NCBI GenBank assembly: GCA_947425205.1
Contig: CANDZL010000008.1
Span: 8,899 to 72,898 of the forward strand
DNA: 64,000 nt
Direction: 5' to 3'
Origin: an uncultured Hungatella sp.
GTDB taxonomy: Bacteria > Bacillota > Clostridia > Lachnospirales > Lachnospiraceae
Below, piece after piece: positions 27,791 through 37,202 of this stretch. Numbering within the stretch: the first letter of the stretch is position 1; every line of letters begins with the position of its first letter. Under the pieces are notes generated by a model. That model had not been told where the DNA came from. It saw only the letters and a program-made list of their open reading frames with translations, and did not search any database. The translations under genes were made by a program, and so were the position numbers.

Positions 27791-28723
27791 ATGAAAGAGA
27801 AAAATGTCCGGAATACGTTAGGCTACCGGATGAAAAGAGACTGGATCCGAAACCGCTCTCTGTACATTCTGGTGCTGCCGGTTCTGATTTTTTATATTTT
27901 GTTCCACTATAAGCCAATGTATGGCGCTATTATTGCGTTTAAGGACTATACGCCTACTTTGGGGGTAAGCGGAAGCCCGTGGGTCGGAGTGGCGAATTTT
28001 ACCCGTTTCTTTAAAAGTGTTTACTTCGGAAGGCTGATCAAAAATACGGTTCTTTTGAGTGTGTACAGCTTGATCTTCGGCTTTCCGGCGCCGATTATTT
28101 TGGCTCTCTTGCTGAATGAGGTACGCAGCAAGCATTTCAAGAACGTGACGCAGACCATTACATACCTGCCTCATTTCATCTCTCTGATCGTTGTGACCGG
28201 TATGCTGACAGACTTCAGCATGACGGCAGGGCTTTTTAATGATATCATTGCATTTTTCGGCGGGGAGCGTTCTCCCCTTTTACAGAATCCGGATCTGTAC
28301 CGTACCATGTATGTTGCCTCCGGCATCTGGCAGCAGGTAGGGTGGGGCTCCATTATCTATCTGTCCGCCCTGGCAGGGGTTGACCAGCAGCTTTATGAGG
28401 CGGCCTCCATCGACGGAGCCGGTAAATGGAAACAGCTGATTCATGTGACTCTTCCAGGCATTGCACCTACGATCATTATCATGCTGATCATGAGGGTCGG
28501 GCAGCTGATGAGTATGGGATATGAGAAGACCATTCTGTTATATAACCCTTCCACCTATGACACGGCGGATATCATCTCATCCTATATATACCGTGTAGGC
28601 CTTATGGAACAGGATTGGAGCTACTCGACGGCAGTGGGATTGTTTAACTCTGTGATCAATTTCTGCCTTTTGATTTTGACCAACAAGATATCCAGGAAAT
28701 TCAGTGAGACCAGCCTGTGGTAA
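27791..28723 (+). CDS. ABC permease (LplB-like)
   Basis: EAA loop LYEAASIDGAGKWKQLIHVTLP. Confidence 0.92.
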   Translation: MKEKNVRNTLGYRMKRDWIRNRSLYILVLPVLIFYILFHYKPMYGAIIAFKDYTPTLGVSGSPWVGVANFTRFFKSVYFGRLIKNTVLLSVYSLIFGFPAPIILALLLNEVRSKHFKNVTQTITYLPHFISLIVVTGMLTDFSMTAGLFNDIIAFFGGERSPLLQNPDLYRTMYVASGIWQQVGWGSIIYLSALAGVDQQLYEAASIDGAGKWKQLIHVTLPGIAPTIIIMLIMRVGQLMSMGYEKTILLYNPSTYDTADIISSYIYRVGLMEQDWSYSTAVGLFNSVINFCLLILTNKISRKFSETSLW

Positions 28724-28738
28724 AGGAGGGATAAGATT

Positions 28739-29620
28739 ATGAAGATTAAGAGATCAAAAGGAGAGAAAACATTTCAGGTTTTCAATTATGCATTTTTGTC
28801 GCTGATTATTGTCGTCTGCTTTTATCCGGTGTGGTACGTAGCCATGGCATCCTTCAGCAACAGCAACCTGTTAACCCAGCACAGCGGCCTGTTGTTTGCA
28901 CCGACAGGGTTCAGCACGGATGCGTACAAAAAAGTATTTCAGAATCCCATGATCACCAAGGGGTATATGAATACGCTGTTTATTCTGATTGTGGGAGTTA
29001 TCTTTGACCTGTTTATGACATCGCTTGGGGCTTATTTCCTGTCCAGGAAACGGGTGATGTTCAAGAAGCCTATCATGATGTTCATTGTGTTCACCATGTT
29101 CTTCTCAGGGGGAATGATTCCGTTTTACATCAACTTAAAGGATCTTCATTTAACCAACACCTTGTGGGGGCTGATTATTCCGTTTATGATTAATACCTCC
29201 AATCTGATCATTCTGAGAACTGCCTTTGAGAGCATTCCGGAGAGCCTGATCGAGGCGGCCCAGATCGACGGAGCCGGTCATTTCCGGATTTTGTCCACCA
29301 TTGTGCTTCCGCTGTCCAAGGCCATGCTGGCGGTTATGGTCCTGTACTATGGCGTAAGCATCTGGAACTCCTGGTTCTGGGCTTCGGCGATTTTGAGAAA
29401 CAGGGAAATGTATCCGCTGCAGATTATTTTGAGGGAGATCTTGTTGTCCAATGATACCAGTTCCATGACAGCAGGTTCCAGCGCTATGGATACGGAGGCC
29501 ATCGGGATGACCATCAAGTATGCGACCATCATGGTGGCAACGATTCCGATTCTGTGTGTCTATCCGTTTTTGCAGAAGTATTTTACGAAGGGAACTATGG
29601 TTGGGGCGGTAAAAGAATAG
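28739..29620 (+). CDS. ABC permease (LplC-like)
   Basis: EAA loop LIEAAQIDGAGHF and C-terminal KGTMVGAVKE. Confidence 0.92.
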   Translation: MKIKRSKGEKTFQVFNYAFLSLIIVVCFYPVWYVAMASFSNSNLLTQHSGLLFAPTGFSTDAYKKVFQNPMITKGYMNTLFILIVGVIFDLFMTSLGAYFLSRKRVMFKKPIMMFIVFTMFFSGGMIPFYINLKDLHLTNTLWGLIIPFMINTSNLIILRTAFESIPESLIEAAQIDGAGHFRILSTIVLPLSKAMLAVMVLYYGVSIWNSWFWASAILRNREMYPLQIILREILLSNDTSSMTAGSSAMDTEAIGMTIKYATIMVATIPILCVYPFLQKYFTKGTMVGAVKE

Positions 29621-29644
29621 GTACAGGAGAAAAGGAGAGAGTCA

Positions 29645-31504
29645 ATGCATCATTTTACAGAGACAACCATGAGGCAGATCATGGAACAGGATTTGTGCCC
29701 GGTTATGGCCAGCCTGTTTAAGCGCGTGGCAGAGGAAGGCCCCGGGCTGGTTATGGATCAAATTCCTGTGTACAATGAGAGGGCGCAGTTCGTCGGCGGA
29801 AAGGTGATCAACCAGACGTGTTACACGGCCCTGGAGATTATCCGGACAGAGGAAAGCTTAAGGAAGCTGACACAGATCATCCGTATGGTTTCGGATATGC
29901 CTATGGAGACCTGGGGAATTTTAAATGGCATCACAGGCCTTTACCGATTACAAAAGGCAGGGATTTTTGACCGTGTGGTAGATCAAGAGACCCTTGCCAA
30001 GCTGAAGGAAACCATGGACTGGAGGACATTTGTGGATGTTGACAGCCACTATGCCCTGATTCGCAAGCCTACCAATTACTATGGTGTGGCATTCGGAATT
30101 GCAAGATACCGGGAACTGATGGGATGGGAGCCGGAGGGCCACAGCCGCCTTCTTCTGGAGCACCTTCTGGAGCATATTGACATGTATTCTGGTGATCTCT
30201 GCTTTATGGACGAAACGCCGGGGGAGGGGAGGTTTGACCGCTACAGCATCTTGGTCCCCAGTGAATTGGCCTCTTTGCTGTTGGCCACAGGATGGGAGGT
30301 GCCAGAAAAGATCCGCAGGATGCTTGGAAAATCGGCCCGTATTTTCCTGCAGATGGCAGATGAAGAGGGCCAGGGGTTTGCCTATGGGCGAAGCATCGGG
30401 GCATACGGTGACACGGCGGCGCTGGAGGTTCTGTCTGCGGCGGCTGAGCTTGACGGCATCCTGACAGAGGATGAGAAGGAGATTGCCTATGGGTACAGCA
30501 TGAGGCTGATGAAGCATATGTTGGATTTCTGGTATGACGAGGACATGGAATCCATCAATATGTGGGAGAAAGGCCGCAGGACGGACAATTATCGGAACAA
30601 GAACCGGATTCTGGGGGAAAATTTAAGCCTGTGCATGCAGATGGTCAGCAGTTTTGAACACTGGGTGAAGGCAGGATACGGAGAACATGAGATCTGCAGC
30701 GACTATGGGGAGAGAATTGCAGGTCTTGGCAGGTTTACCTATGTGCCATTTGCAGAAGGGGAATTCCACAGAGGGCTGGCAATCGTCCGGGATGGCCGTA
30801 ATATATGGTCCCTGCCGCTGATAAGTGGGGGGCAGAAATATTATGACAAGGATCCTTACATGCCGGTGCCCTTTCAGAATCAGGTGCTTCAGGGGGTCCC
30901 AGAGTGTAATCACGGCCAACTGGTGCCCCAGCTGTTGATGGAAAACGGCGATGTGTGGATGCCGGTTGCCTATATCGGAAGGATTGTACCTGTTATGGAG
31001 AAAGAGCGGATGGAAATCACCTGTCATATGGATTCCATGTGCCTTATGGGGGAGGGGGTTTTCATAAGCGGAGATACCAGGATGGAGCCATCTTTTGTAG
31101 ACCATTCCATTGCAGGAGACAGTAGGAAGGCGCAAAAGCCTCAACGGATGGAGGGAATCTCGGATGCGTTTGCCTATGAATTTACTAAGGGGCAGATTAC
31201 CCGGGAGGATACATTTTCAATCACCAGGGGGCATAGGGTGAAACAAATACGCCTTGTACTTTTGACTTACTCCCAGGAGCCAGGGATAGAGGGGACTTCT
31301 GTCACATTCGGACAAGGGGCGATTGCCAGTATGGATGCACAGGGATACGACAGCTGTTCTGTGAGGCAGGCGACAGATGACGGAAGTTATGATACACCTC
31401 ATGGCAGGCTGAATGGGGAAGTTGTCTGGGTGAGGGATACGGTGCCGGAGGAAGGCGTGCTTCATGTTAAGTGGGTGATCCGGTATGGCTCTCTCTGTCA
31501 GTGA
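29645..31504 (+). CDS. Hypothetical cytoplasmic protein, 619 aa
   Basis: Long ORF with an AGGAG RBS, last gene of the ABC operon. No family recognised. Confidence 0.8.
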   Translation: MHHFTETTMRQIMEQDLCPVMASLFKRVAEEGPGLVMDQIPVYNERAQFVGGKVINQTCYTALEIIRTEESLRKLTQIIRMVSDMPMETWGILNGITGLYRLQKAGIFDRVVDQETLAKLKETMDWRTFVDVDSHYALIRKPTNYYGVAFGIARYRELMGWEPEGHSRLLLEHLLEHIDMYSGDLCFMDETPGEGRFDRYSILVPSELASLLLATGWEVPEKIRRMLGKSARIFLQMADEEGQGFAYGRSIGAYGDTAALEVLSAAAELDGILTEDEKEIAYGYSMRLMKHMLDFWYDEDMESINMWEKGRRTDNYRNKNRILGENLSLCMQMVSSFEHWVKAGYGEHEICSDYGERIAGLGRFTYVPFAEGEFHRGLAIVRDGRNIWSLPLISGGQKYYDKDPYMPVPFQNQVLQGVPECNHGQLVPQLLMENGDVWMPVAYIGRIVPVMEKERMEITCHMDSMCLMGEGVFISGDTRMEPSFVDHSIAGDSRKAQKPQRMEGISDAFAYEFTKGQITREDTFSITRGHRVKQIRLVLLTYSQEPGIEGTSVTFGQGAIASMDAQGYDSCSVRQATDDGSYDTPHGRLNGEVVWVRDTVPEEGVLHVKWVIRYGSLCQ

Positions 31505-31588
31505 CGAAATATGTTAAGCCTGGCCTGCATAGTTTCACCAGGATATGAGAATACTGGTGAGAGAAAACCATAAGCAGAGGGTGAGACG

Positions 31589-32665
31589 GTGCAGGATAAG
31601 GAAAAGGTTAAGAGAATCGTGAGGATTACAGGTGTGACATTGGCAGTATACGGTATCTTTCGGTATCTGCTGCCTCTTGTCATGCCTTTTTTATTTGCCT
31701 GTGTTGCGGCTGTCTTGCTGAAACCGTCTGCGTGCTGGATCTCGGATAAGCTGCAGGTAAGATGGAGAGGAAAACAGGTTGGCATCGGTGCAGGGGCTGT
31801 GGGAATCGTGGAGCTGGGGATTGTGTTTTTGGTTCTGGGATTGGGAGTCTATATGGGAAGCCGGAAACTGTACCGGGAGATGAGCCTGTTGTCAGAGCGG
31901 TTCCCTTATTGGGTCGAAAAACTGGATGTATGCCTGACAGGAGTTTGCCATAAGGTAGAACAGTCGTTTGGGTTTAAGGAACAGTCTATGGTTCGTCTGA
32001 TGCAGGATATGATACTTCATTTTGTGGAGACCATGAAGCAGGGGGTCATGCCTTATCTGATGGGAAATTCCCTGTTGATGGCAAAATACTTGATCGGATG
32101 CTGCATTATGGCGGTTCTGTTTGCCATTGGGGTTATGCTGTTTATACAGGAATTGGATGAGTGGAAGGAGCGGATCAAGAAATCGACGTTTCAACAGGAA
32201 TTTATTCGGGCAGGAAGACTTCTTCGCACAGTTGCCAATGCGTATGTGCGGACCCAGGGACTGATTATGATTCTGACCATGGAGATCTGCACCATAGGGT
32301 TTTCCCTTCTGGGGAATCCTTACAGCATTCTGGCCGGGATTGGTATTGGCCTGTTGGATGCCCTTCCCATATTTGGTACAGGAACCGTGCTGATTCCATG
32401 GGCCGTGGTTGTGTGTGTAAAAGGAAAATGGATGAAGGGATTGGCTATCTTCGGATTGTATGTGATCTGCTACTTTGTGAGGCAGATTCTGGAGGCGAAG
32501 CTGATGGGGGACAAGGTAGGGTTGTCGCCCCTTGAGACACTGATTTTTATGTATGTAGGGCTAAAGTTGTTTGGCGTACTGGGGGTTTTTCTGGGGCCGG
32601 TGGGGGTTTTGGTGGTGAAAGAATTTGCTGTGGGGCAACGCCCTCCGGCCCGGACTGATGATTAG
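31589..32665 (+). CDS. AI-2E / YtvI family membrane transporter
   Basis: Motifs LDALPIFGTGTVLIPW, RQILEAKLMG and GPVGVL. Confidence 0.85.
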   Translation: MQDKEKVKRIVRITGVTLAVYGIFRYLLPLVMPFLFACVAAVLLKPSACWISDKLQVRWRGKQVGIGAGAVGIVELGIVFLVLGLGVYMGSRKLYREMSLLSERFPYWVEKLDVCLTGVCHKVEQSFGFKEQSMVRLMQDMILHFVETMKQGVMPYLMGNSLLMAKYLIGCCIMAVLFAIGVMLFIQELDEWKERIKKSTFQQEFIRAGRLLRTVANAYVRTQGLIMILTMEICTIGFSLLGNPYSILAGIGIGLLDALPIFGTGTVLIPWAVVVCVKGKWMKGLAIFGLYVICYFVRQILEAKLMGDKVGLSPLETLIFMYVGLKLFGVLGVFLGPVGVLVVKEFAVGQRPPARTDD

Positions 32666-33792
32666 CTTAGTTTGGAACTAAAATCCGTCATCGCTTCGGA
32701 AATCTTGATCTGCTGCGGGCAGACGGCTTCACAGCTGCGGCAGCCGATACATGCAGATGGCTTTTTGTCATCTGGTAAGGCAGCCAAAGCCATGGGAGCG
32801 ATGAACCCGCCTTCCGTGAAACAATGCTCATTGTACAGGGACAGTAAGGACGGAATATCCAGCTGTTGCGGACAATGGCTGGTACAGTAACGGCAGGCTG
32901 TGCAGGGCAGCGTTTTTTTCTTCAGCATAGCGTCTGCGATCCCAAGAAGCGCTTCCATCTCCGTCTCGTTTAGTGGCTTGAATGTCTCAAAGGTATGAAT
33001 GTTATCTTTTAACTGATCTAAGTTAGACATACCAGAAAGGATCAATCTGACACAGTCAAAGGATTGAAGGAAGCGGAAAGCCCACGCAGGAATCTCTTCG
33101 TCCGGACGCAATCCTTTTAAGATGCTGCTGTGCTCTTCGGAAAGGGAAGCCAGGCGACCTCCACGAAGGGGCTCCATGACCCACACAGGGATATGATAGC
33201 TGTCCAAAAGATCCATTTTTGCCTTGGCATCCTGGAAGGACCAGTCAAGGTAGTTAAGCTGAATCTGGCAGAATTCCATCTTCCCGCCGTAGGCATCCAG
33301 AAAACGCTTCATGACCTGGCAACTGCCGTGGGCGGAGAAGCCCAGATGGCGGATCCGGCCATTTTCTTTCTGCCGGATCAGATAGTCGTAGATCCCGTGG
33401 GATGGATCTAAGTACGCGTCGATATTCATCTCGCAGACATTGTGAAACAGGTAAAAATCAAAAAAATCTACCTGGCATTTTTTTAGTTGCTCTTCAAAAA
33501 TCTCTTCAACTTTATCCATATTGGATAAGTCGTAGCCGGGAAACTTAGTGGCAAGGTAGAAGCTGTCACGAGGGTATCGGCTTAAAAGCTTCCCCATAAC
33601 CAGTTCCGATTGGCCGCTGTGGTAACCCCATGCGGTATCATAGTAGTTGATTCCATGTTCCATCCCATAGGCTACCATTTTTTCAGCTGCTTGTTCATCG
33701 ATGCGGTTGTCATCGCCGTCAATGACAGGCAGACGCATGGCACCCATTCCAAGGGCGGATAATTGTTTGTCCTGAAACGGTCTGTATACCAT
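32662..33792 (-). CDS. Aldo/keto reductase with C-terminal 4Fe-4S dicluster
   Basis: Motifs LGMGAMRLP, YYDTAWGY, CTACRYC and CIGCRSCEAVCPQ. Confidence 0.92.
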   Translation of the reverse strand: MVYRPFQDKQLSALGMGAMRLPVIDGDDNRIDEQAAEKMVAYGMEHGINYYDTAWGYHSGQSELVMGKLLSRYPRDSFYLATKFPGYDLSNMDKVEEIFEEQLKKCQVDFFDFYLFHNVCEMNIDAYLDPSHGIYDYLIRQKENGRIRHLGFSAHGSCQVMKRFLDAYGGKMEFCQIQLNYLDWSFQDAKAKMDLLDSYHIPVWVMEPLRGGRLASLSEEHSSILKGLRPDEEIPAWAFRFLQSFDCVRLILSGMSNLDQLKDNIHTFETFKPLNETEMEALLGIADAMLKKKTLPCTACRYCTSHCPQQLDIPSLLSLYNEHCFTEGGFIAPMALAALPDDKKPSACIGCRSCEAVCPQQIKISEAMTDFSSKLS

Positions 33793-33826
33793 AAGGAAAG
33801 TACCTCCTGTTGAATTGTTCAAAAAG

Positions 33827-33857
33827 ATTATAGCATCTGGAGTGAACTATAAGTCAA
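33827..33857 (-). promoter_or_regulatory. MerR-type promoter with 19-bp spacer and NmlR/AdhR-like dyad
   Basis: Minus strand reads TTGACT-TATAGTTCACTCCAGATGC-TATAAT. Confidence 0.75.
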
Positions 33858-33887
33858 TAGGTCTTTTGGAGGGCTTTTGTGGGAACT

Positions 33888-35573
33888 TTAGGGGAACAAA
33901 CTCTTCGCCTTAGCCAAAGCGAAGTTGTAGTTACGGATTCCAAGTTCCAGGTAAGGCTTTTTGGAGTGGACGAAATAGTAGTTTTGAAGCAGTGTCTCCC
34001 AGTCAAAGCTTTGGCTCCAGGGGGAAGCGCTTTTGTCAAAATCCACGGTAGCGATCGCCGGAGCGGCATCGGCGCTGAGACCATAGTACAGAAAACAGAA
34101 ATCATCCTCCGTGATATATGTGGGATCCATGTGATTGACATAATCCCATGCGATGATGGAACCTGGCTTTGCCCATACCAGGGCAATGTAACAGAGGGAG
34201 ACCACAGCCAGGCTGTAGGGAAACAGTGGGAATCTGGTCTTCCATATGATAAGGGTCACGCCGATCATCAGGACAGACAGCATAGCTAAGAACCACAGCA
34301 CAATGAACCGCAAGTACGTTAATCGGTACTCTTTTACATAGAGCATCATCCGGTAGCAGGCAGAGGCGATCATCACATACGTACAGATGCAGATGATTGT
34401 CAGGATCACATTTAGGGATCTGCTGGGACGGATATATTTGAGGCAGCACAGCACCATAATCAGGTTCAAAAAAGCAACGAAAAGAAGCTGGAAGAAGCCT
34501 TGTCTGGCATAGGAGGAAAACGTGTATCCTTCCGGAAGGTTTCCTTTTCCCATAAAGAGATAGACGACCTGGATGCCACTAAACAGCAGATAGACAATGC
34601 AGATGCTGCTCATACATGTCAGGGCGATCATAGGCTCTCCTTTCCTGCGGCTTACTCCATCCGGCTTCAGGCCGTGGAGACAGCAACAGCAGATCACGCA
34701 GTACAAGGCCAAGGCTCCGAAGGAGAAGCGAAACAGGACGGAGCATATGGTGGCCGGCTTTAACAAGGTTCCTAAAAGCTTATGAATTACACTGGAAAAT
34801 ACCGCATCTGCCGCGCCCAGAAGCGTGATCAAAAGAATCAACATGGGAATCGCCGCCAGAAGCCCTATAATGACATAGGAAACTTTTTTCATAGTATTAT
34901 TTTCCTGTTTTTTCAGGTAGGACCAGGTATGGCGAAACGGCAGGGGGATGGACTCAAGCGTCTGGAACAGGAATACAGTGATGGAGCACAGGTATTTTCC
35001 AATATTCCAGGTCTTGTCGTCATAAAATTGGTGGATTCCGAACACAATGCCCAGAAGAAGAAGCGCGATGCCGTTAAGCCGTATCAAGAACCATTCCGAT
35101 GTTCGGCAGGTTCCAATGCCGATCATCAGGGCAGCTGCCATCAGAAAATAGCTTCCCCTCTTTATAGGAACCCTCAGCTTTTTGCAGGACAAATATCCCC
35201 ACAGACAGGCAAAGGCAGCAAAGAGAGGATAGGTGATTCCGGCTGGGTTTTTATAGAGGCAAAAGGTGTAAAATGCGCCGAAAGCCAGGCATAATCCCAT
35301 AAAGAAAGGAAAGCTTTCGGTGACAGGGGAGAGAAGGGCTTCCTGTTGGATGGCTGTCCCGGAAGAGGTTATTTCCGGATTGTTGCTCATCACAGAATTA
35401 TTGTTGTTTGCTATAGGACTATTATTATTTGTTATAAGGATATTGTTGTTCATTACAGGGCTATTGTTAGTTATCCTTGTGTTATGGTCTTCCATCATAA
35501 ACTCCATTCCGCTGTCGGGGCAGACAGCATATATTGTGGCAATTGTTTTCACATCGTAAATAGTTCGTGGCAT
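33888..35573 (-). CDS. DUF4153/DUF4173-like multi-pass membrane protein
   Basis: Motifs YARQGFFQLLFV and YRLTYLR, with an Asn-rich N-terminal extension. Confidence 0.8.
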   Translation of the reverse strand: MPRTIYDVKTIATIYAVCPDSGMEFMMEDHNTRITNNSPVMNNNILITNNNSPIANNNNSVMSNNPEITSSGTAIQQEALLSPVTESFPFFMGLCLAFGAFYTFCLYKNPAGITYPLFAAFACLWGYLSCKKLRVPIKRGSYFLMAAALMIGIGTCRTSEWFLIRLNGIALLLLGIVFGIHQFYDDKTWNIGKYLCSITVFLFQTLESIPLPFRHTWSYLKKQENNTMKKVSYVIIGLLAAIPMLILLITLLGAADAVFSSVIHKLLGTLLKPATICSVLFRFSFGALALYCVICCCCLHGLKPDGVSRRKGEPMIALTCMSSICIVYLLFSGIQVVYLFMGKGNLPEGYTFSSYARQGFFQLLFVAFLNLIMVLCCLKYIRPSRSLNVILTIICICTYVMIASACYRMMLYVKEYRLTYLRFIVLWFLAMLSVLMIGVTLIIWKTRFPLFPYSLAVVSLCYIALVWAKPGSIIAWDYVNHMDPTYITEDDFCFLYYGLSADAAPAIATVDFDKSASPWSQSFDWETLLQNYYFVHSKKPYLELGIRNYNFALAKAKSLFP

Positions 35574-35588
35574 CTGCTGTTGGCAGGC

Positions 35589-35801
35589 TTACGTTTTTTC
35601 TTCCACAAATTCAATCAGATCTCCTGGCTGGCATTCCAGGGTACGGCACAGGGCCTCCAGAGTGGAAAAACGGATGGCCTTGGCTTTGTTATTTTTTAAA
35701 ATGGATAAATTGGCCATAGTGATATCGACTTCTTTGGAAAGCTCTGTGAGCCCCATTTTTCTTTTTGCCATGACCACATCCAGGTTGATTACAATTCCCA
35801 T
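35589..35801 (-). CDS. Cro/C1-type HTH regulator (YozG-like)
   Basis: Motifs NLSILKNNKAKAIRFSTL and CQPGDL. Confidence 0.9.
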   Translation of the reverse strand: MGIVINLDVVMAKRKMGLTELSKEVDITMANLSILKNNKAKAIRFSTLEALCRTLECQPGDLIEFVEEKT

Positions 35802-35818
35802 GTTTTTAAAGCCTCCTT

Positions 35819-36265
35819 TTATATGGTTAGGTCATTTTCCTCTTTATACCGGACGGCCTTCTCAAATACCTGGCACAGCACGATGCTGAACAAACCGGCG
35901 ATAGCGAATACGATTACAACGACAACTGTAGCCGGAGTAGGAGAGAAGAAAATACGGGCAATGGACAAAATGGAGATCAGAAAGCTGTATTTGCCCATGG
36001 ATTTAAGAGAGGTTACGTTGGCGTATACAAAAGCATTGTCCTCCAGGACAGTATCGAACATGTTCCGCAGCTGTGCCACGATCATCAGGCAGAGCACGCC
36101 AGACAGTACATACAGTATAGTCAGGGGAAGATAATACGTACGGAAGGACTTCAGATAAGCTCCCGCCCATCGAAAAAGGAAGGGGAGGGAGATTGTCAAG
36201 ACAATCCCTAAGTAAAACATGGCATCCAGAAGCCGCTTTGTAAAAAGAACTAACCGTTGATTCAT
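35819..36265 (-). CDS. DUF2975-like membrane protein
   Basis: Four TM helices and the C-terminal VFEKAVRYKEENDLTI signature. Confidence 0.85.
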   Translation of the reverse strand: MNQRLVLFTKRLLDAMFYLGIVLTISLPFLFRWAGAYLKSFRTYYLPLTILYVLSGVLCLMIVAQLRNMFDTVLEDNAFVYANVTSLKSMGKYSFLISILSIARIFFSPTPATVVVVIVFAIAGLFSIVLCQVFEKAVRYKEENDLTI

Positions 36266-36538
36266 AGAAACAGATTCCTCCTTTTGCGTGGTTATGTGCT
36301 CCCCGCAATCTCTCCTTAACCTGCCTTTGCAGTTGCAAGAGAAGTTTCGGGAAGTACAGTGGTGGTTTCCCGCTTTTTATGGTATGGGATGTTTGGAAAA
36401 TAGGCTGTTAATTATCCTTGTATGGGAACTATAGCATAGAGTATATTAAATATCAATATAATTTTATTGATAAACGATAAATTAAGAAAATCAAAAGAAA
36501 GAGGAAAGAAAATTAAATATTTTTTGTATACAAAGTAG

Positions 36539-36567
36539 TTGCATTTTACACCATATTGTATTATAAT
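36539..36567 (+). promoter_or_regulatory. Sigma-A promoter of the marR-ABC operon
   Basis: TTGCAT-17bp-TATAAT. Confidence 0.7.
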
Positions 36568-36585
36568 ACTATTTATCGATTAACT

Positions 36586-36660
36586 AGCTAACTATAAGCC
36601 ATCTAATTATAAACTATCTAATTGTAAACTATGTAATGATAAATTGACTAATAATTAGCT
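36586..36660 (+). repeat. Five degenerate 15-bp tandem repeats (candidate MarR operator array)
   Basis: Units agctaactataagcc, atctaattataaact, atctaattgtaaact, atgtaatgataaatt and gactaataattagct. Confidence 0.7.
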
Positions 36661-36692
36661 AACAAACAAATTGGTGAAGGAGGTAAACGCAT

Positions 36693-37202
36693 GTGAATAA
36701 CGGGAATCACAGAAACGAAATGACGTTGGAGATGAGGCTGCTTGACAAATATATGCGGATCTCGAGACATCATAGGGCAGTTATGGAGAGAATGCTAAGC
36801 ACTACTGGTGTGTACCGAAGCCAGCACAAAATCCTGATGACGATTTCTCACAACCCCAATATTTCCCAGAAGGAGTTGGCAGATAGGAACGAGGTTTCTA
36901 CGGCAACCATTGCGGTATCCTTAAAAAAGTTGGAGAAAGGCGGCTATATCAAGCGTCTGGTGGACGAGAAAGATAACCGGTATAACCAGATCTGCATCAC
37001 ACAGAAAGGCCAGGAGATCGTGGAAAAGAGCCATCAGATTTTTACAGAGGTTGATGAGGCGATGTTTGCCGGGCTTTCGGAAGAGGAATATCAGATTTTG
37101 GAGGCGATTCTGGACAAAATCTATAGTAACCTGGAGGAGTACGGACAGAGAAAAGAGAAAGAGCGGGAAGAATCCCGCGGGGAAGGGAGGAGTTGCAATT
37201 GA
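36693..37202 (+). CDS. MarR family regulator
   Basis: Motifs ISQKELAD, LKKLEKGGYIKR and DNRYNQICITQKG. Confidence 0.92.
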   Translation: MNNGNHRNEMTLEMRLLDKYMRISRHHRAVMERMLSTTGVYRSQHKILMTISHNPNISQKELADRNEVSTATIAVSLKKLEKGGYIKRLVDEKDNRYNQICITQKGQEIVEKSHQIFTEVDEAMFAGLSEEEYQILEAILDKIYSNLEEYGQRKEKEREESRGEGRSCN

